Positions 47,799-58,216 of a DNA stretch of 64,000 nt are shown here, one piece after another. The position numbers were made by a program, and so were the translations under genes. Source of the stretch: Candidatus Latescibacterota bacterium (GTDB lineage Bacteria; Latescibacterota; UBA2968; GCA-2709665); the NCBI GenBank assembly GCA_965222075.1, contig OZ244937.1, positions 2,464,001 through 2,528,000 of the forward strand, written 5' to 3'. The number at the start of each line of letters is the position of its first letter. Position 1 is the first letter of the stretch. A model generated the notes under the pieces. The model had not been told where the DNA came from. It did no database searches and saw nothing but the letters and a program-made list of their open reading frames with translations.

Positions 47799-47981
47799 GT
47801 GTTTCCCCCTCACCCGCAGGCAGCCGCAGATGAAATCCCCGATGCAATTCCGAAAGCAGAGATCCAAAAACGCTGCGACCTTCAAGACCTGGCCTGCGTC
47901 ACCATCGACCCCAAAGACGCACAAGATGACGATAACGCCGTCTCCTTAGAGATCCGAGCAGTCAGCGAACATACTTTCTAA
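47799..47981 (+). pseudogene. RNase R/RNB-domain fragment
   Basis: RCDLQDLACVTIDPKDAQDDDNAVSLE matches the degenerate TIDPxxAxDxDDA catalytic motif; isolated. Confidence 0.65.
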
Positions 47982-48008
47982 CATCTAACCCCAACGTCAG
48001 GAGAGTCC

Positions 48009-49406
48009 ATGGACCCCCATGTGAAACACTACTGCGGCATCTTCGGCATCTATGGACACCCCGATGCGGCCCAGCTGACCTCGCTGGGGCTGCATGCGCT
48101 CCAGCACCGGGGGGAAGAGAGCAGCGGCATTGGCACGGGCGACAACAAGCGGGTGCATGTCCACACGGGCATGGGCCACGTAGCCGATGTCTTCATGGGG
48201 GGGCCCGAGGTCCTGGACCGACTTCCCGGCCACCTGGCCATTGGGCACAACCGCTACTCCACCACCGGTTCCGATACCCTGTGCAACTCTCAGCCCTTTT
48301 TGGCCGAGTGCAGAGACGGGTGCATCGCCGTGGCCCACAACGGCAACCTGATCAACACCACTCAGCTTCGCAGCCAGATGCAGGAGGACGGCGCCATCTT
48401 CCAGACCACGACCGACAGCGAGCTGATCCTCCACCTCATCGCACGGTCTAAGGAAGAACACATCGTAGACCGCGTCATAGACGCCCTCCAATACATACAG
48501 GGGGCCTACTGCTTTGCCCTTTGCACAGAAGACAAACTCCTCGCCGCTCGGGACCCCTACGGATTCCGTCCCCTCTGCCTGGGTCAGCTCGGGGATAGCT
48601 GGATCATCGCCTCCGAATCCTGTGCCCTCGACATCATCTCGGCCCGCTACATCCGCGACATCGAACCGGGCGAACTGGTGGTCATCGACGCCAACGGCCT
48701 GCGCACCTTTTCTCCTTTTGAAGCCGACAGACACGCCTTCTGCATCTTTGAGTACATCTATTTCTCACGCCCCGACAGCATCATCTTTGGGGACACCGTG
48801 GACAAAACCCGGCGGAAGCTTGGCAAACAGCTCGCCATCGAACACCCTGCCGATGCGGACATCGTCATCCCGGTTCCCGACTCCAGCAACACAGCAGCGA
48901 TGGGATATGCCGACCAATCGGGTATCAAACTCGAAATCGGACTCATCCGAAACCACTACGTCGGACGGACCTTTATCACGCCCGGCCAGGACACCCGCAC
49001 GGCCATGGTCCGCCTCAAATACAACCCGGTGCGCGGCGTCCTCAAAGGCAAACGCGTGGTCGTGGTGGAAGACTCGATCGTGCGGGGCACCACCCTGCGC
49101 TACCTCGTCCGGATGCTCCGGGAAGCCGGCGCCTACAAGGTCCACGTCCGGGTAAGCTGTCCCCCCATCATCTCCCCCTGTTACTACGGCATCGACTTCC
49201 AAACCGAAAACGAACTGATTGCCAACGAAAAAACCATCGCACAGATTCGGGAACACCTGGGCGTAGACAGCCTCAGCTACCTCTCCCTAAGAGGGATGCT
49301 CAGCGTTGTGCCCAACACCACCAGCCAGTACTGTACCGCCTGTTTCACCCGGAATTACCCCATCCCCATCGAAACCGAAATCAACAAACTGATCCTGGAA
49401 AGGTAG
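48009..49406 (+). CDS. purF: Amidophosphoribosyltransferase (Fe-S type, propeptide)
   Basis: CGIFG, LQHRG, HNRYST, CIFEYIYFSRPDS, VVVEDSIVRGTT, CTAC. Confidence 0.97.
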   Translation: MDPHVKHYCGIFGIYGHPDAAQLTSLGLHALQHRGEESSGIGTGDNKRVHVHTGMGHVADVFMGGPEVLDRLPGHLAIGHNRYSTTGSDTLCNSQPFLAECRDGCIAVAHNGNLINTTQLRSQMQEDGAIFQTTTDSELILHLIARSKEEHIVDRVIDALQYIQGAYCFALCTEDKLLAARDPYGFRPLCLGQLGDSWIIASESCALDIISARYIRDIEPGELVVIDANGLRTFSPFEADRHAFCIFEYIYFSRPDSIIFGDTVDKTRRKLGKQLAIEHPADADIVIPVPDSSNTAAMGYADQSGIKLEIGLIRNHYVGRTFITPGQDTRTAMVRLKYNPVRGVLKGKRVVVVEDSIVRGTTLRYLVRMLREAGAYKVHVRVSCPPIISPCYYGIDFQTENELIANEKTIAQIREHLGVDSLSYLSLRGMLSVVPNTTSQYCTACFTRNYPIPIETEINKLILER

Positions 49407-49529
49407 GAACGCATCGCGGTGCGCCCTTAAAATCCGATTCCTCTGGAGCAACCTTTTTCGCTCTCAAACGTAGAAAATATATACCCTATTCCCGGTTGTG
49501 TGTTTCGTCGCTCTCCAGAGGAGTCCGCC

Positions 49530-50801
49530 ATGTCTCACCCGCCCGTCAATCGCTTTTGTCGCAGCCTGCTGGTCATCTGTGCGGTCTTCGCCGCCGGCCC
49601 TCTCACCGCTGCAGACCTGGAAGACCTTCTGCACCCGGACAAACTGGCAAAACACCTCAAAGCGAAGGTGGACCAAAAACCGGTCCTGGCCGGGCACGTC
49701 CAGAGGCTTCGGCAGACAATTGCCGACTACCAGTGGGAACGGGAAAAACAGACCTGTGAGGCCCGGCTCTGGCAGGCGCATCGGATTCGTCCCGATATCC
49801 GCGAACTTCGCGAACTCCGGAAGAACACCCGAAAAGCGGTGGATGCAATTCTCGACACCCTAAAGGCCGGACTCGACCCAAAACAGGCCAAGCGGTTCCG
49901 GAAACTCCTGAAAGAGGAAGGCAACATACTCGACCTGCCCGTTTCCGAGGTTCCGTTTTCCCACATCAACAATACGCCCCTCTTTCCCCAGTTTCAAACC
50001 AAAGTCAGAGCTTACAGCGTGACCCTGCCGGGGTCCCCCTCTTCCGACGACACCTGGACCTATGCCGATTATTTGCGCACCTGGACCGTTCGGGGGTACA
50101 TCCCCACCCAGCGTCCCATAGATGCCATCGGCCGGGAACAGGCAATAGGGATCAACCAGCCCGGCATGCAGGTCCGAACCATGCCTGGCCAGTCCCGGAC
50201 GCGTGTCGTCAAGTCTCCCCTCCTCCTCGCAGCCACTCTGCTGGTCCCCGACCTGGGCCGGGCCGAATCCGAACTCCTGTGGGATTACTACGCCCGCGAA
50301 TCGGAAGACAAGGAAGCCGCCTGGGCCCACTACCGGACGCAAAATCGGCTGGATGGCGCCGTTTTGGTGCGCCTGAAGCTGAGCACGCCCTTTGCAGAAG
50401 GCTATCTCAGCTTAGACCGCTGGATCATCTACTTGGAAGACAGTGAGGGCACCGGTTACGAATCGGTGCAGGTCGACCAGGGCGCCTTCTACCCCCTCGA
50501 AGCACTCGAAATCTCCCTGCCCGGCCGGGAGGCCGAAGTCACCGACGTCTTTGGCACCTACTACCCCTACATCCCCGGCCACAAGGAACGCATCTATCTG
50601 GAGGCCCCGGCCAAAATTGTCTACGCCGGACACGAGAAACTCCTCAAACTCTTCTTCCCCGGCAAAAACTATCAGGGCCAGCCGGTTATCACCGAAAAAA
50701 CCGAATACCTCAAGCTCATCGTGCAATCACAAGAAGACGAATTCGGCCGCGCCGAACTTATCTGGGACCTGAAACCCCGCAAACCCAGGCCCCCCAAATA
50801 A
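49530..50801 (+). CDS. Hypothetical secreted protein
   Basis: Long ORF, host-like codon usage, GAGGAG SD, signal-peptide-like N-terminus. Confidence 0.65.
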   Translation: MSHPPVNRFCRSLLVICAVFAAGPLTAADLEDLLHPDKLAKHLKAKVDQKPVLAGHVQRLRQTIADYQWEREKQTCEARLWQAHRIRPDIRELRELRKNTRKAVDAILDTLKAGLDPKQAKRFRKLLKEEGNILDLPVSEVPFSHINNTPLFPQFQTKVRAYSVTLPGSPSSDDTWTYADYLRTWTVRGYIPTQRPIDAIGREQAIGINQPGMQVRTMPGQSRTRVVKSPLLLAATLLVPDLGRAESELLWDYYARESEDKEAAWAHYRTQNRLDGAVLVRLKLSTPFAEGYLSLDRWIIYLEDSEGTGYESVQVDQGAFYPLEALEISLPGREAEVTDVFGTYYPYIPGHKERIYLEAPAKIVYAGHEKLLKLFFPGKNYQGQPVITEKTEYLKLIVQSQEDEFGRAELIWDLKPRKPRPPK

Positions 50802-50810
50802 GGATAGAGA

Positions 50811-52748
50811 ATGAAATCGTCCTTCCGCCCGATCTTCCCGATCCTATTCCTTGTAGCAGGCCTCCTGGGCTGCGCAGCCTCGCAGCCTCCCTCCATCGTC
50901 CTGCGGCCTGCCCGCAAGCCCCCGCCCGACCCGGAGGCCCTTGGCTACTTTATCGACGCCAAACGCTTCGAGATGAAGGGAGAGAGAGGTGCGGCCGTCA
51001 ACGCACTCTACGCCGCCATTGACATCGACAGCACATCTGCCACCCTGTATGGCGCCCTGAGCCGCAATCTCAACGCGCTCCGGCGCTTCTCCGAAGCCGT
51101 CGCCCCTGCCCGCCGGGCCGTCCGCTTAGACCCCCGCAACCTTGAGAACCGGCGGCACTTCTACCACGCCCTGATGGAAGGCCCGAAGGATACCACCGCA
51201 GCCGTCAAACAGCTCGAAGCCATCACCCGCATCGCTCCCAACCCGCTGGCGGCCTACGATGGACTTCTGAAAATCTACGCTGCACAGAACCGCCGGGACG
51301 ACGTCCTCCGAACCGTGGACCGCGTCCTGACCATCCCTTCGTTAAATACCCGGGGGCAGATCTTTGCTGCTGAAACCTACATGCGCACCAACGTCCCCGA
51401 ACGCGCATCGGCCGTTTACCGGCAGGTCCTCGCGCAAAACCCCCGGCAGGCAAACATCTGGGGCCGTCTGGGCAGCATCGCCCTGACCGTAGGGGATACC
51501 CTCAAGGCTGAAGGGATCTATCGAGAAGGCCTCACCCATTTTCAAAACCGAATCAACCGTCTTACGGCCCCCATCTGGAGGCAGCTCTTTCTCATCTACG
51601 ATTCAGACACCTACCTGGAGGGCCTGATCTCGGAAACCCCCCTGGATACGACCTTTGTCGAACACCTCGCCAAGATCGTCATGGACCTCGCCCGGAGGCC
51701 TGAAAACAATCCCAAAACGACGGAGCGCAGGTACAACCGGGCCGAAATCCTCCTGGATCACCTCATCCATGCCAATCCGAGCCGGCACGACCTTCTGGCC
51801 CGGAAAGGCTACCTCCTCCTGAACACCAATCGCCCCGAAGAGGCCAGGGCGACCTTCGGTCGGGCCTACAAACAGGACCCCAAGGCCGAATACTGGCTCG
51901 GCATCGGTCACACCTACCTCTCCCAGGGCCGGAAGAACAAGGCCCTCACCCTCTTCCAGGCCCTCTACGAAAAGGCCCCCACCAACTCACCGCTCTACCC
52001 CCAGATCGTCTCTGAACTGGGTCGGCTCTATCGCGCCACCGGCCAAATGGCAGACGCCCGGGGCGTCTACGCGAAGGCCGCAGAGGCGGATACCTCCCGG
52101 CCTGAGTACCGCTTTGAACTGGGCTACACCTATGCCTCGGAAAAGGCGTGGGAGAAAGCCATTCCCATCTTTGAGGCCCTGCTTGACCGTGTCGGCGACG
52201 ATTCCGAACTCTTCCGCCGCACCCTCCTTGAACTGGCGCAAAGCTACGAACGCGCCGGTCGTTTTGACAGCGCCGTAGCGGAGTTTCAGCGTCTGATCAC
52301 CCTGGATCCCGACAACCATCGCGCCCTCAACAACCTTGGATACATGCTCGCAGAAAAAGGGATTCGCCTCAACGAAGCCGAGCGCCTGATCGAACGCGCC
52401 CTCAGGGCCGAACCCAAAAACGGTGCCTACCTGGACAGCATGGGCTGGGTCTACTACCGGCAGGGCCGGTACGACGAAGCCATGGAATACTTAGATCGCG
52501 CCCTGAAGGTGGAAGAGGCCGAACTCCAGAACCACACGGACGACGACCGGTACAGGGCCTCCTTGTACGAAAATCTGGCGGTGATTTACGACCATGCCGG
52601 AGACGCCGCCCGTGCCCTGGGGGACCTCAACAAGGCACGCCGGCACTGGAAACGCGCCTCCCGGTTCAATCCGGACAACGCGGCCATCCACCAGAAACTC
52701 CAGACGTTCACCGCTCCCGTCGGTAACGCCCCGGCAGGCCCTGAATGA
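50811..52748 (+). CDS. TPR-repeat lipoprotein
   Basis: Lipobox LLGC; ALNNLGYMLA, AYLDSMGWVYY TPR motifs. Confidence 0.85.
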   Translation: MKSSFRPIFPILFLVAGLLGCAASQPPSIVLRPARKPPPDPEALGYFIDAKRFEMKGERGAAVNALYAAIDIDSTSATLYGALSRNLNALRRFSEAVAPARRAVRLDPRNLENRRHFYHALMEGPKDTTAAVKQLEAITRIAPNPLAAYDGLLKIYAAQNRRDDVLRTVDRVLTIPSLNTRGQIFAAETYMRTNVPERASAVYRQVLAQNPRQANIWGRLGSIALTVGDTLKAEGIYREGLTHFQNRINRLTAPIWRQLFLIYDSDTYLEGLISETPLDTTFVEHLAKIVMDLARRPENNPKTTERRYNRAEILLDHLIHANPSRHDLLARKGYLLLNTNRPEEARATFGRAYKQDPKAEYWLGIGHTYLSQGRKNKALTLFQALYEKAPTNSPLYPQIVSELGRLYRATGQMADARGVYAKAAEADTSRPEYRFELGYTYASEKAWEKAIPIFEALLDRVGDDSELFRRTLLELAQSYERAGRFDSAVAEFQRLITLDPDNHRALNNLGYMLAEKGIRLNEAERLIERALRAEPKNGAYLDSMGWVYYRQGRYDEAMEYLDRALKVEEAELQNHTDDDRYRASLYENLAVIYDHAGDAARALGDLNKARRHWKRASRFNPDNAAIHQKLQTFTAPVGNAPAGPE

Positions 52749-53554
52749 AACACATCCGGCAGGCTGGCGGTCAACGGGGCAGTCGGGCATTCCTTCTGTA
52801 CCTGCCCCTCCTTTTTCTCCCGGCCTGTGCCGCCCACCTTCCTCGTCCACCCGATGTTGGCCCTGTTTTAAACGCCGCCGATCTCCTCCACACCGTCTCC
52901 GCCCGTACAGAGGGCCTCCGCGACCTGGAGGCCAAAGCCCGGATTACCCTCCGCATCAACAGTGTCCGGCAGAAGGCCTCCGCCTTCCTGGTCTACCGGT
53001 CTCCCAACGTGCTGAAATTCGACGTCAGGGGCCCCCTCGGCGTAGGCATCCTCTCCGCCCTTGTCCTGAACGACTCCCTCTACCTCTACCTGCCCAGAGA
53101 CAACCACTACCTGGACGGCCCCCCCGAAGAAGTCCTCTATCGCGTCACCGGCGTCAACCTCGAATACTACGACGCCCGCTGTGCCATCCTTGGCCTCCCC
53201 AACCTCTCCCCGCTCGACCTGCCCCGCGTTGCCCGGTTCGAAGCGGAGGACAAACACTTCTTCCTGGAGCTTCACACGCCCCTCTGGACCCGCCGCCTCT
53301 GGCTCGACCGGCGCACGGGCACCCTCCTCGAAGAACAGATCTACACCCCCCAGGGCGGCCTCCTGTCGGCCCGCGTGATGGGCGACTATCGGGACGAAAA
53401 CGGCGTGGTCCTCCCCCGCCGAATCGAAATCATCCAGGGCGATGACCGCGTCCGGATCGAAATCACCCGCCGGCAGGTCAACGCCGGGCCCTCCGACGAC
53501 CGGTTCCGGATGAAGCTCCCTTCCGACGTCATCCGCCTCAACGGTGGAGACTGA
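52745..53554 (+). CDS. LolB/DUF4292-like lipoprotein
   Basis: Lipobox LPAC; follows TPR gene; DVRGPLG, LPRRIEI. Confidence 0.65.
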   Translation: MKHIRQAGGQRGSRAFLLYLPLLFLPACAAHLPRPPDVGPVLNAADLLHTVSARTEGLRDLEAKARITLRINSVRQKASAFLVYRSPNVLKFDVRGPLGVGILSALVLNDSLYLYLPRDNHYLDGPPEEVLYRVTGVNLEYYDARCAILGLPNLSPLDLPRVARFEAEDKHFFLELHTPLWTRRLWLDRRTGTLLEEQIYTPQGGLLSARVMGDYRDENGVVLPRRIEIIQGDDRVRIEITRRQVNAGPSDDRFRMKLPSDVIRLNGGD

Positions 53555-53626
53555 ATGCAAAAAAAACCCGGAGCATCTGCCCCGGGCCCTTGAATCCCTC
53601 CATACGCTGCGGTAACGTTCTGCCCG

Positions 53627-54469
53627 CTAAGCCTTCCGCCTCTGCCACCAAGTCGCAAGTCGCGCACCCGTACGCTGGGCCACGTGTCCGAACAGGGCCT
53701 TTACCGACTGTCCCGACGCTTCACGGGCGGACCACCGATTGCGCAGCTCAATCATCGTCAATACGGTCACCTCGCCGCTCGGTTCCAGCCCACATACGAC
53801 CTGGAACTGCCGCAGGGCGTCGCGGCAGGCCTCCTTCATTTCCCCGTCAATCCCCCCCACGTCATAACCCAGGTTGTGGAGGATAACCTGCGCCTCATAA
53901 ACGTGCTCGGGTCCCGCCGGCCTGTCAGGCTCCGAAACCGCCTCCGGGGCTTCCGTTTGCCCAACAGCCGCCGTATCCTCCGAAATCAGCACCCGGTTGA
54001 CCAACCGTGCCTCAAAAAATGCCGCACCCAAAGCAAGCAGGGCCAGCAGCCCCAAGAGGGCGGCAGCTCCCCCCCGAACCACGTAGAGCCCCCCCAACGT
54101 ATCGGCCGGTTCTAAGCGGTAAAACAGATCAAAAGAGACGGTGTAACGCCCCCCTGCCCAGAGCCCCAGGTGAAACGCCGCCAGGATCGGGGGCGTCTTG
54201 ACCGGCACCCGCAGGGGAGTCCGCTGCGACTGTCTAAACAGCGCTATCCCCAGGGCCCAGAGATCCAGCAGCAGCAGCGTCAGCGGCAGTTCGACCAGCG
54301 TCCGAGCCGTAACCTCCGTCGGATTGGCCTCCATATGCAGACCCAGCCCAACCGCCCCCAAAAGGGCCAGCCCGAAAACGGACCATGTCCCTCCCCGCAG
54401 ATAACGTGCCACCCTCGAACGGGGAGGCCGGGCCACAAGCTGTCCGGAAACAGGATCGAGTCTGTTCAT
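53627..54469 (-). CDS. Membrane protein with C-terminal peptidoglycan-binding domain
   Basis: Several TM helices; QVILHNLGYDVGGIDG...ALRQFQ...GLEPSG. Confidence 0.75.
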   Translation of the reverse strand: MNRLDPVSGQLVARPPRSRVARYLRGGTWSVFGLALLGAVGLGLHMEANPTEVTARTLVELPLTLLLLDLWALGIALFRQSQRTPLRVPVKTPPILAAFHLGLWAGGRYTVSFDLFYRLEPADTLGGLYVVRGGAAALLGLLALLALGAAFFEARLVNRVLISEDTAAVGQTEAPEAVSEPDRPAGPEHVYEAQVILHNLGYDVGGIDGEMKEACRDALRQFQVVCGLEPSGEVTVLTMIELRNRWSAREASGQSVKALFGHVAQRTGARLATWWQRRKA

Positions 54470-54682
54470 CCTCTGTTCCCCGTTGCGCCTTTACAGACTT
54501 TGATGCATTCGCCTTGGTAGGGTCACCCAGTGTCAAACAAATCGTAATATAGGGCCATTTCCTCCGCTTTGCAACCCGAGATCGCAGGGCCGAAAAACCC
54601 TTTCCACTCCCCTGAAAATTGGCTATATTTTAGTGTTACAAACCGCAGTAAGGTATAGGCCTACAGGAGATTTCACAAATTT

Positions 54683-56809
54683 ATGGACAGTCAAACCGCC
54701 ATCCTTGCCGTCGAACTCATCGGCGGCAACCAGATGGTCTTCTACACCCAGGACGGGCAGTACACGCAACCCTTCTCTCCCTGGCTGCTTGTGGAAGCCC
54801 CCGAGGACTGCAACCGCGCCGGGCTCTCCGGCATCCGCGAGGTCGTTTCCCTCAAAGGGGGGGGAGAATTTCGCTTTCGCGCCCATTTCCACACCTGGTC
54901 CGACTTCTTAGAGGCGAAAGGGCGCCTCTCTGAAGACGGCATCGCCCACTTCAGCATCAACACCCCCGTCCGCCAGCACCTCCTTCTCTCCGGTCAGACC
55001 CTCTTTTACAAGATGAGATACGCTGAGGCCCACCGCCTCCAGCTCGACATCGAAACCCTCACCCTGCACCCGCAGGCCCCCGGTGCCGAAATCATCCTCA
55101 TCGCCCTCTCCGATACCTGTGGCTACGAAGAGATCCTCAATGGTCAGGACATGTCCGAAACCGAACTCTTACAGCAACTCAACCAGCGTATCGCCGATCG
55201 CAACCCCGACGTGATCGAAGGCCACAACATCTTCGATTTCGACCTGTTCTATATCAGCGCCCGGGCCGACCGCCTGAAGGTGCCCCTTACCTGGGGCCGC
55301 GATGCATCCCAGCTCAAAGTCGGTCACGGCACGCGCCGCTACAAAGTCGGCGCCCACAACCCCCTCTTCCGCCCCGCCTACATCCACGGCCGCCACATCA
55401 TCGACACCCTGCAACAGGTCCGGCGCTACGACGTGGGCGGACGCCTGGAAAGCTATGGCCTCAAAAATGCCATCCGGGTCCTGGGCCTGGAGCGGAAAGG
55501 CCGGGTCTTTGTGGAAGGCAAAGACATCCCCCGGCTCTGGCGGGAAGACCCGGACCGCCTCACCGAATACGCCCTGGACGACGTCCGCGACGTCCGTGTG
55601 CTCAGCGAACGCGTCGTTTCCACCGAATTCTACCAGACCCAGATCCTCCCCTACAGTTTCCAGGACACGGCCATCACCGGTCCCGGCGAAAAGATCAACG
55701 CCCTCATGGTCGGGGCATACCTTCGCCGCAACCTCGCCATCCCCCGCGCCCGCGCCTCCAAATCGTTCGGGGGAGGCTACACGCAGCTCTTCGCCTCCGG
55801 CATCTTCAAACGGGTCGTCAAGGCCGATGTCGAAAGCCTCTACCCCTCCATCATGCTTACCTACGGCATTCGCCCCACCGCCGATACCGAAAACGCCTTT
55901 CTCCCCATGCTGAAACGCCTCACCCGGCGGCGGCTTGAAGCCAAAGCCCACTACCAGGAGGGCGCAAACGAAGCCGAAGAGACCTACTGGGACGGCCTGC
56001 AAAGCAGCTACAAGGTCCTCATCAACGCCTTCTATGGCTACCTCGCTTACGGTCGTGCGAATTTTAACGACTACAAAGCCGCCGAACAGGTCACCGCGAT
56101 GGGTCAGGAGATCGCCCGACAGCTTGTGACACAACTCCGGAATAGGGGTGCGGAGATCATCGAAGTAGACACCGACGGCGTCTACTTTGTCGTCCCCTCC
56201 CGAATCGACACCGAAAAGGGTGAACATCGGTTCATCGAAGAGATCTCCGAGGAACTCCCCAAGGGCATCCATCTCTCCCACGACGGCCGCTACCGGGGCA
56301 TGATCAGCCTGAAGACCAAGAACTACATCCTGATCGGATATGACGATGTCTTAACGGTCAAAGGCAGCAGCCTTCGAAGCCGGCGCGATGAACGGATTTT
56401 TCGGAGCTTTATCAAACAGCTTGCATATCTGCTCATCGACAGAAAAACGGAAGAGGCCTCGGCTTACTACCTCGGCCTCGCCGGACGCCTTCAGGAAGGC
56501 CAGGTCCCTCCGAAGAACTTCTGCCGTTGGGAGAGCATCACCGAAAAGACCTTCTCCAACCCGAATCTCCGCCGTCTGGCCGCAGCGGCAAAAGGCGGCA
56601 AAATAGGCGAAAAAATTGCCGTCTACCAGAAACGCGACGGGAGCCTTGCCCGGATCGAAACCTATGCGGAAGACGAAGACCGGGACTATCTCCTCCGGAG
56701 GCTACACGACATGGCCGGACGCTTTCGAAGCCTCTTTGGCGATGCCGAATTCCGCCGCCTCTTCCCCCTGGTACAGAAACCCGCCGAAGAACAGCTCAGC
56801 CTGTTTTGA
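54683..56809 (+). CDS. Family B DNA polymerase with 3'-5' exonuclease
   Basis: LDIET, GHNIFDFD, YALDD; DVESLYPS, KVLINAFYG, DTDG. Confidence 0.9.
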   Translation: MDSQTAILAVELIGGNQMVFYTQDGQYTQPFSPWLLVEAPEDCNRAGLSGIREVVSLKGGGEFRFRAHFHTWSDFLEAKGRLSEDGIAHFSINTPVRQHLLLSGQTLFYKMRYAEAHRLQLDIETLTLHPQAPGAEIILIALSDTCGYEEILNGQDMSETELLQQLNQRIADRNPDVIEGHNIFDFDLFYISARADRLKVPLTWGRDASQLKVGHGTRRYKVGAHNPLFRPAYIHGRHIIDTLQQVRRYDVGGRLESYGLKNAIRVLGLERKGRVFVEGKDIPRLWREDPDRLTEYALDDVRDVRVLSERVVSTEFYQTQILPYSFQDTAITGPGEKINALMVGAYLRRNLAIPRARASKSFGGGYTQLFASGIFKRVVKADVESLYPSIMLTYGIRPTADTENAFLPMLKRLTRRRLEAKAHYQEGANEAEETYWDGLQSSYKVLINAFYGYLAYGRANFNDYKAAEQVTAMGQEIARQLVTQLRNRGAEIIEVDTDGVYFVVPSRIDTEKGEHRFIEEISEELPKGIHLSHDGRYRGMISLKTKNYILIGYDDVLTVKGSSLRSRRDERIFRSFIKQLAYLLIDRKTEEASAYYLGLAGRLQEGQVPPKNFCRWESITEKTFSNPNLRRLAAAAKGGKIGEKIAVYQKRDGSLARIETYAEDEDRDYLLRRLHDMAGRFRSLFGDAEFRRLFPLVQKPAEEQLSLF

Positions 56810-56891
56810 AATCGCAGACGTAAAGATTCACTTTGCAGGGGCGGACCCCTGTCCACCCCGGTGTGGAGCGGGAGTCTGTTTGCCCTTTGCG

Positions 56892-58130
56892 CTATGCCCT
56901 TTCACGGACCTCCCACCAGACCATCCCCCACAAAATCCCCGCAAACAGGCATCCGGTGATTGCAGGTGCCAGCGTCGCCTGCGCAGCACCCCAGGTCCGG
57001 ACCGCTGCAATACCCAGCCCCGTGCCCGCCGTCAACAGGGCCAGCAGCGTGAGCATCCCTCTCCCTTCCCGGTTCATGGCCAGCAGCGCCGTATGCGCCA
57101 GCCCGCACAGCGCAAATGGAGGCACCGTCCAGGCCAGCAGCCGGAATGCCTCTGACGAAGGTGCAAACTCGGCCCCGAAAATCCACACCGTAACCGGACG
57201 GGCCGCCACCTGCACAATGCCCACGCCCAGCAGCGTAATCCCCAGCAGCGCCCAAAACGTTCGCAGGAGCGTCCCCTTCAGGTCCGATGCCTCCTGAAAA
57301 CGGTGCGTCAATGCCGGCAGAATCGCCTCTAAGTTGGCGGTGGCCAGCACAACCAGCGCCGAAACAACCCGGTAGCCGATGGCGAACTGTCCCGATTCAG
57401 TGTCGCCCACAGCCAGATAGGTCGTGATGTAGGTGAGATTCAGAAGGTTCCCCAAAAAATAAACCGCTGGCAAATGCCGTAGTCCCAGAAGGACCAGATC
57501 CTTGTTGGCCAAAGGCCGAACAGAGGGACGCAGACCCGGCGCCACGCGGCCGACCAGCAAAAGGCCAGCGCCCAGGTACCCGCCCCGACACAGGAGGTAA
57601 CATGCCCCCACCCCTACCAGGCCCAGCCCGGCGGCCATCGCCCCGACACCGGTCCCAAACAGCAGCCCGTTCAGTCCCCCCACCAGAAGCACACTACAGG
57701 CCGGCCGCTGCAGGCCCTTAAAAATCGCATTGACCGCGTCCCCCAGGCTCATCGCCACGGTGGAGCCCCCCACCAGGAGCACCGCAATTAAAATCTCCGC
57801 AGGCATGTCCGAAGCCCAGGCCACCGCCCCCATCACCACCAGCACAGCAGGCGCCAAAGCCAGCTTGAACCCCACGGCGTCCACAGCCGTGGCCTTCGCC
57901 TCGGGCCCTCCTGAGGCAACGGCCTTGATGACCCGGTTGTTCAGCCCAATATCCAGAACCGGCACGAAAAGGGCCGTCAGCGAGATCACATAAGCATAGT
58001 CGTCCAGCCCCTCCGTCCCCAGCAGGCGAGCCACCCCGACCATCAGCAGCATCGCGCCTATGAGGTGGGCACCCTTTTCAGCCGTCAGGGCAATCGAATG
58101 GACCGACAGTTGTCCCACGACCTCCTCCAA
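56892..58130 (-). CDS. Wzx-like oligosaccharide flippase
   Basis: Multi-TM; VARLLG...LDIGL, GQFAIGYR, IFGAEF. Confidence 0.75.
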   Translation of the reverse strand: MEEVVGQLSVHSIALTAEKGAHLIGAMLLMVGVARLLGTEGLDDYAYVISLTALFVPVLDIGLNNRVIKAVASGGPEAKATAVDAVGFKLALAPAVLVVMGAVAWASDMPAEILIAVLLVGGSTVAMSLGDAVNAIFKGLQRPACSVLLVGGLNGLLFGTGVGAMAAGLGLVGVGACYLLCRGGYLGAGLLLVGRVAPGLRPSVRPLANKDLVLLGLRHLPAVYFLGNLLNLTYITTYLAVGDTESGQFAIGYRVVSALVVLATANLEAILPALTHRFQEASDLKGTLLRTFWALLGITLLGVGIVQVAARPVTVWIFGAEFAPSSEAFRLLAWTVPPFALCGLAHTALLAMNREGRGMLTLLALLTAGTGLGIAAVRTWGAAQATLAPAITGCLFAGILWGMVWWEVRERA

Positions 58131-58216
58131 TCTCGCAACACAAACAAAAAGGAGCAGGTGCCTTCGCCTGCTCCGCCTCTGGCTTCACAGCCCTCTTCCC
58201 CCGGGCCTCGGCCCCT

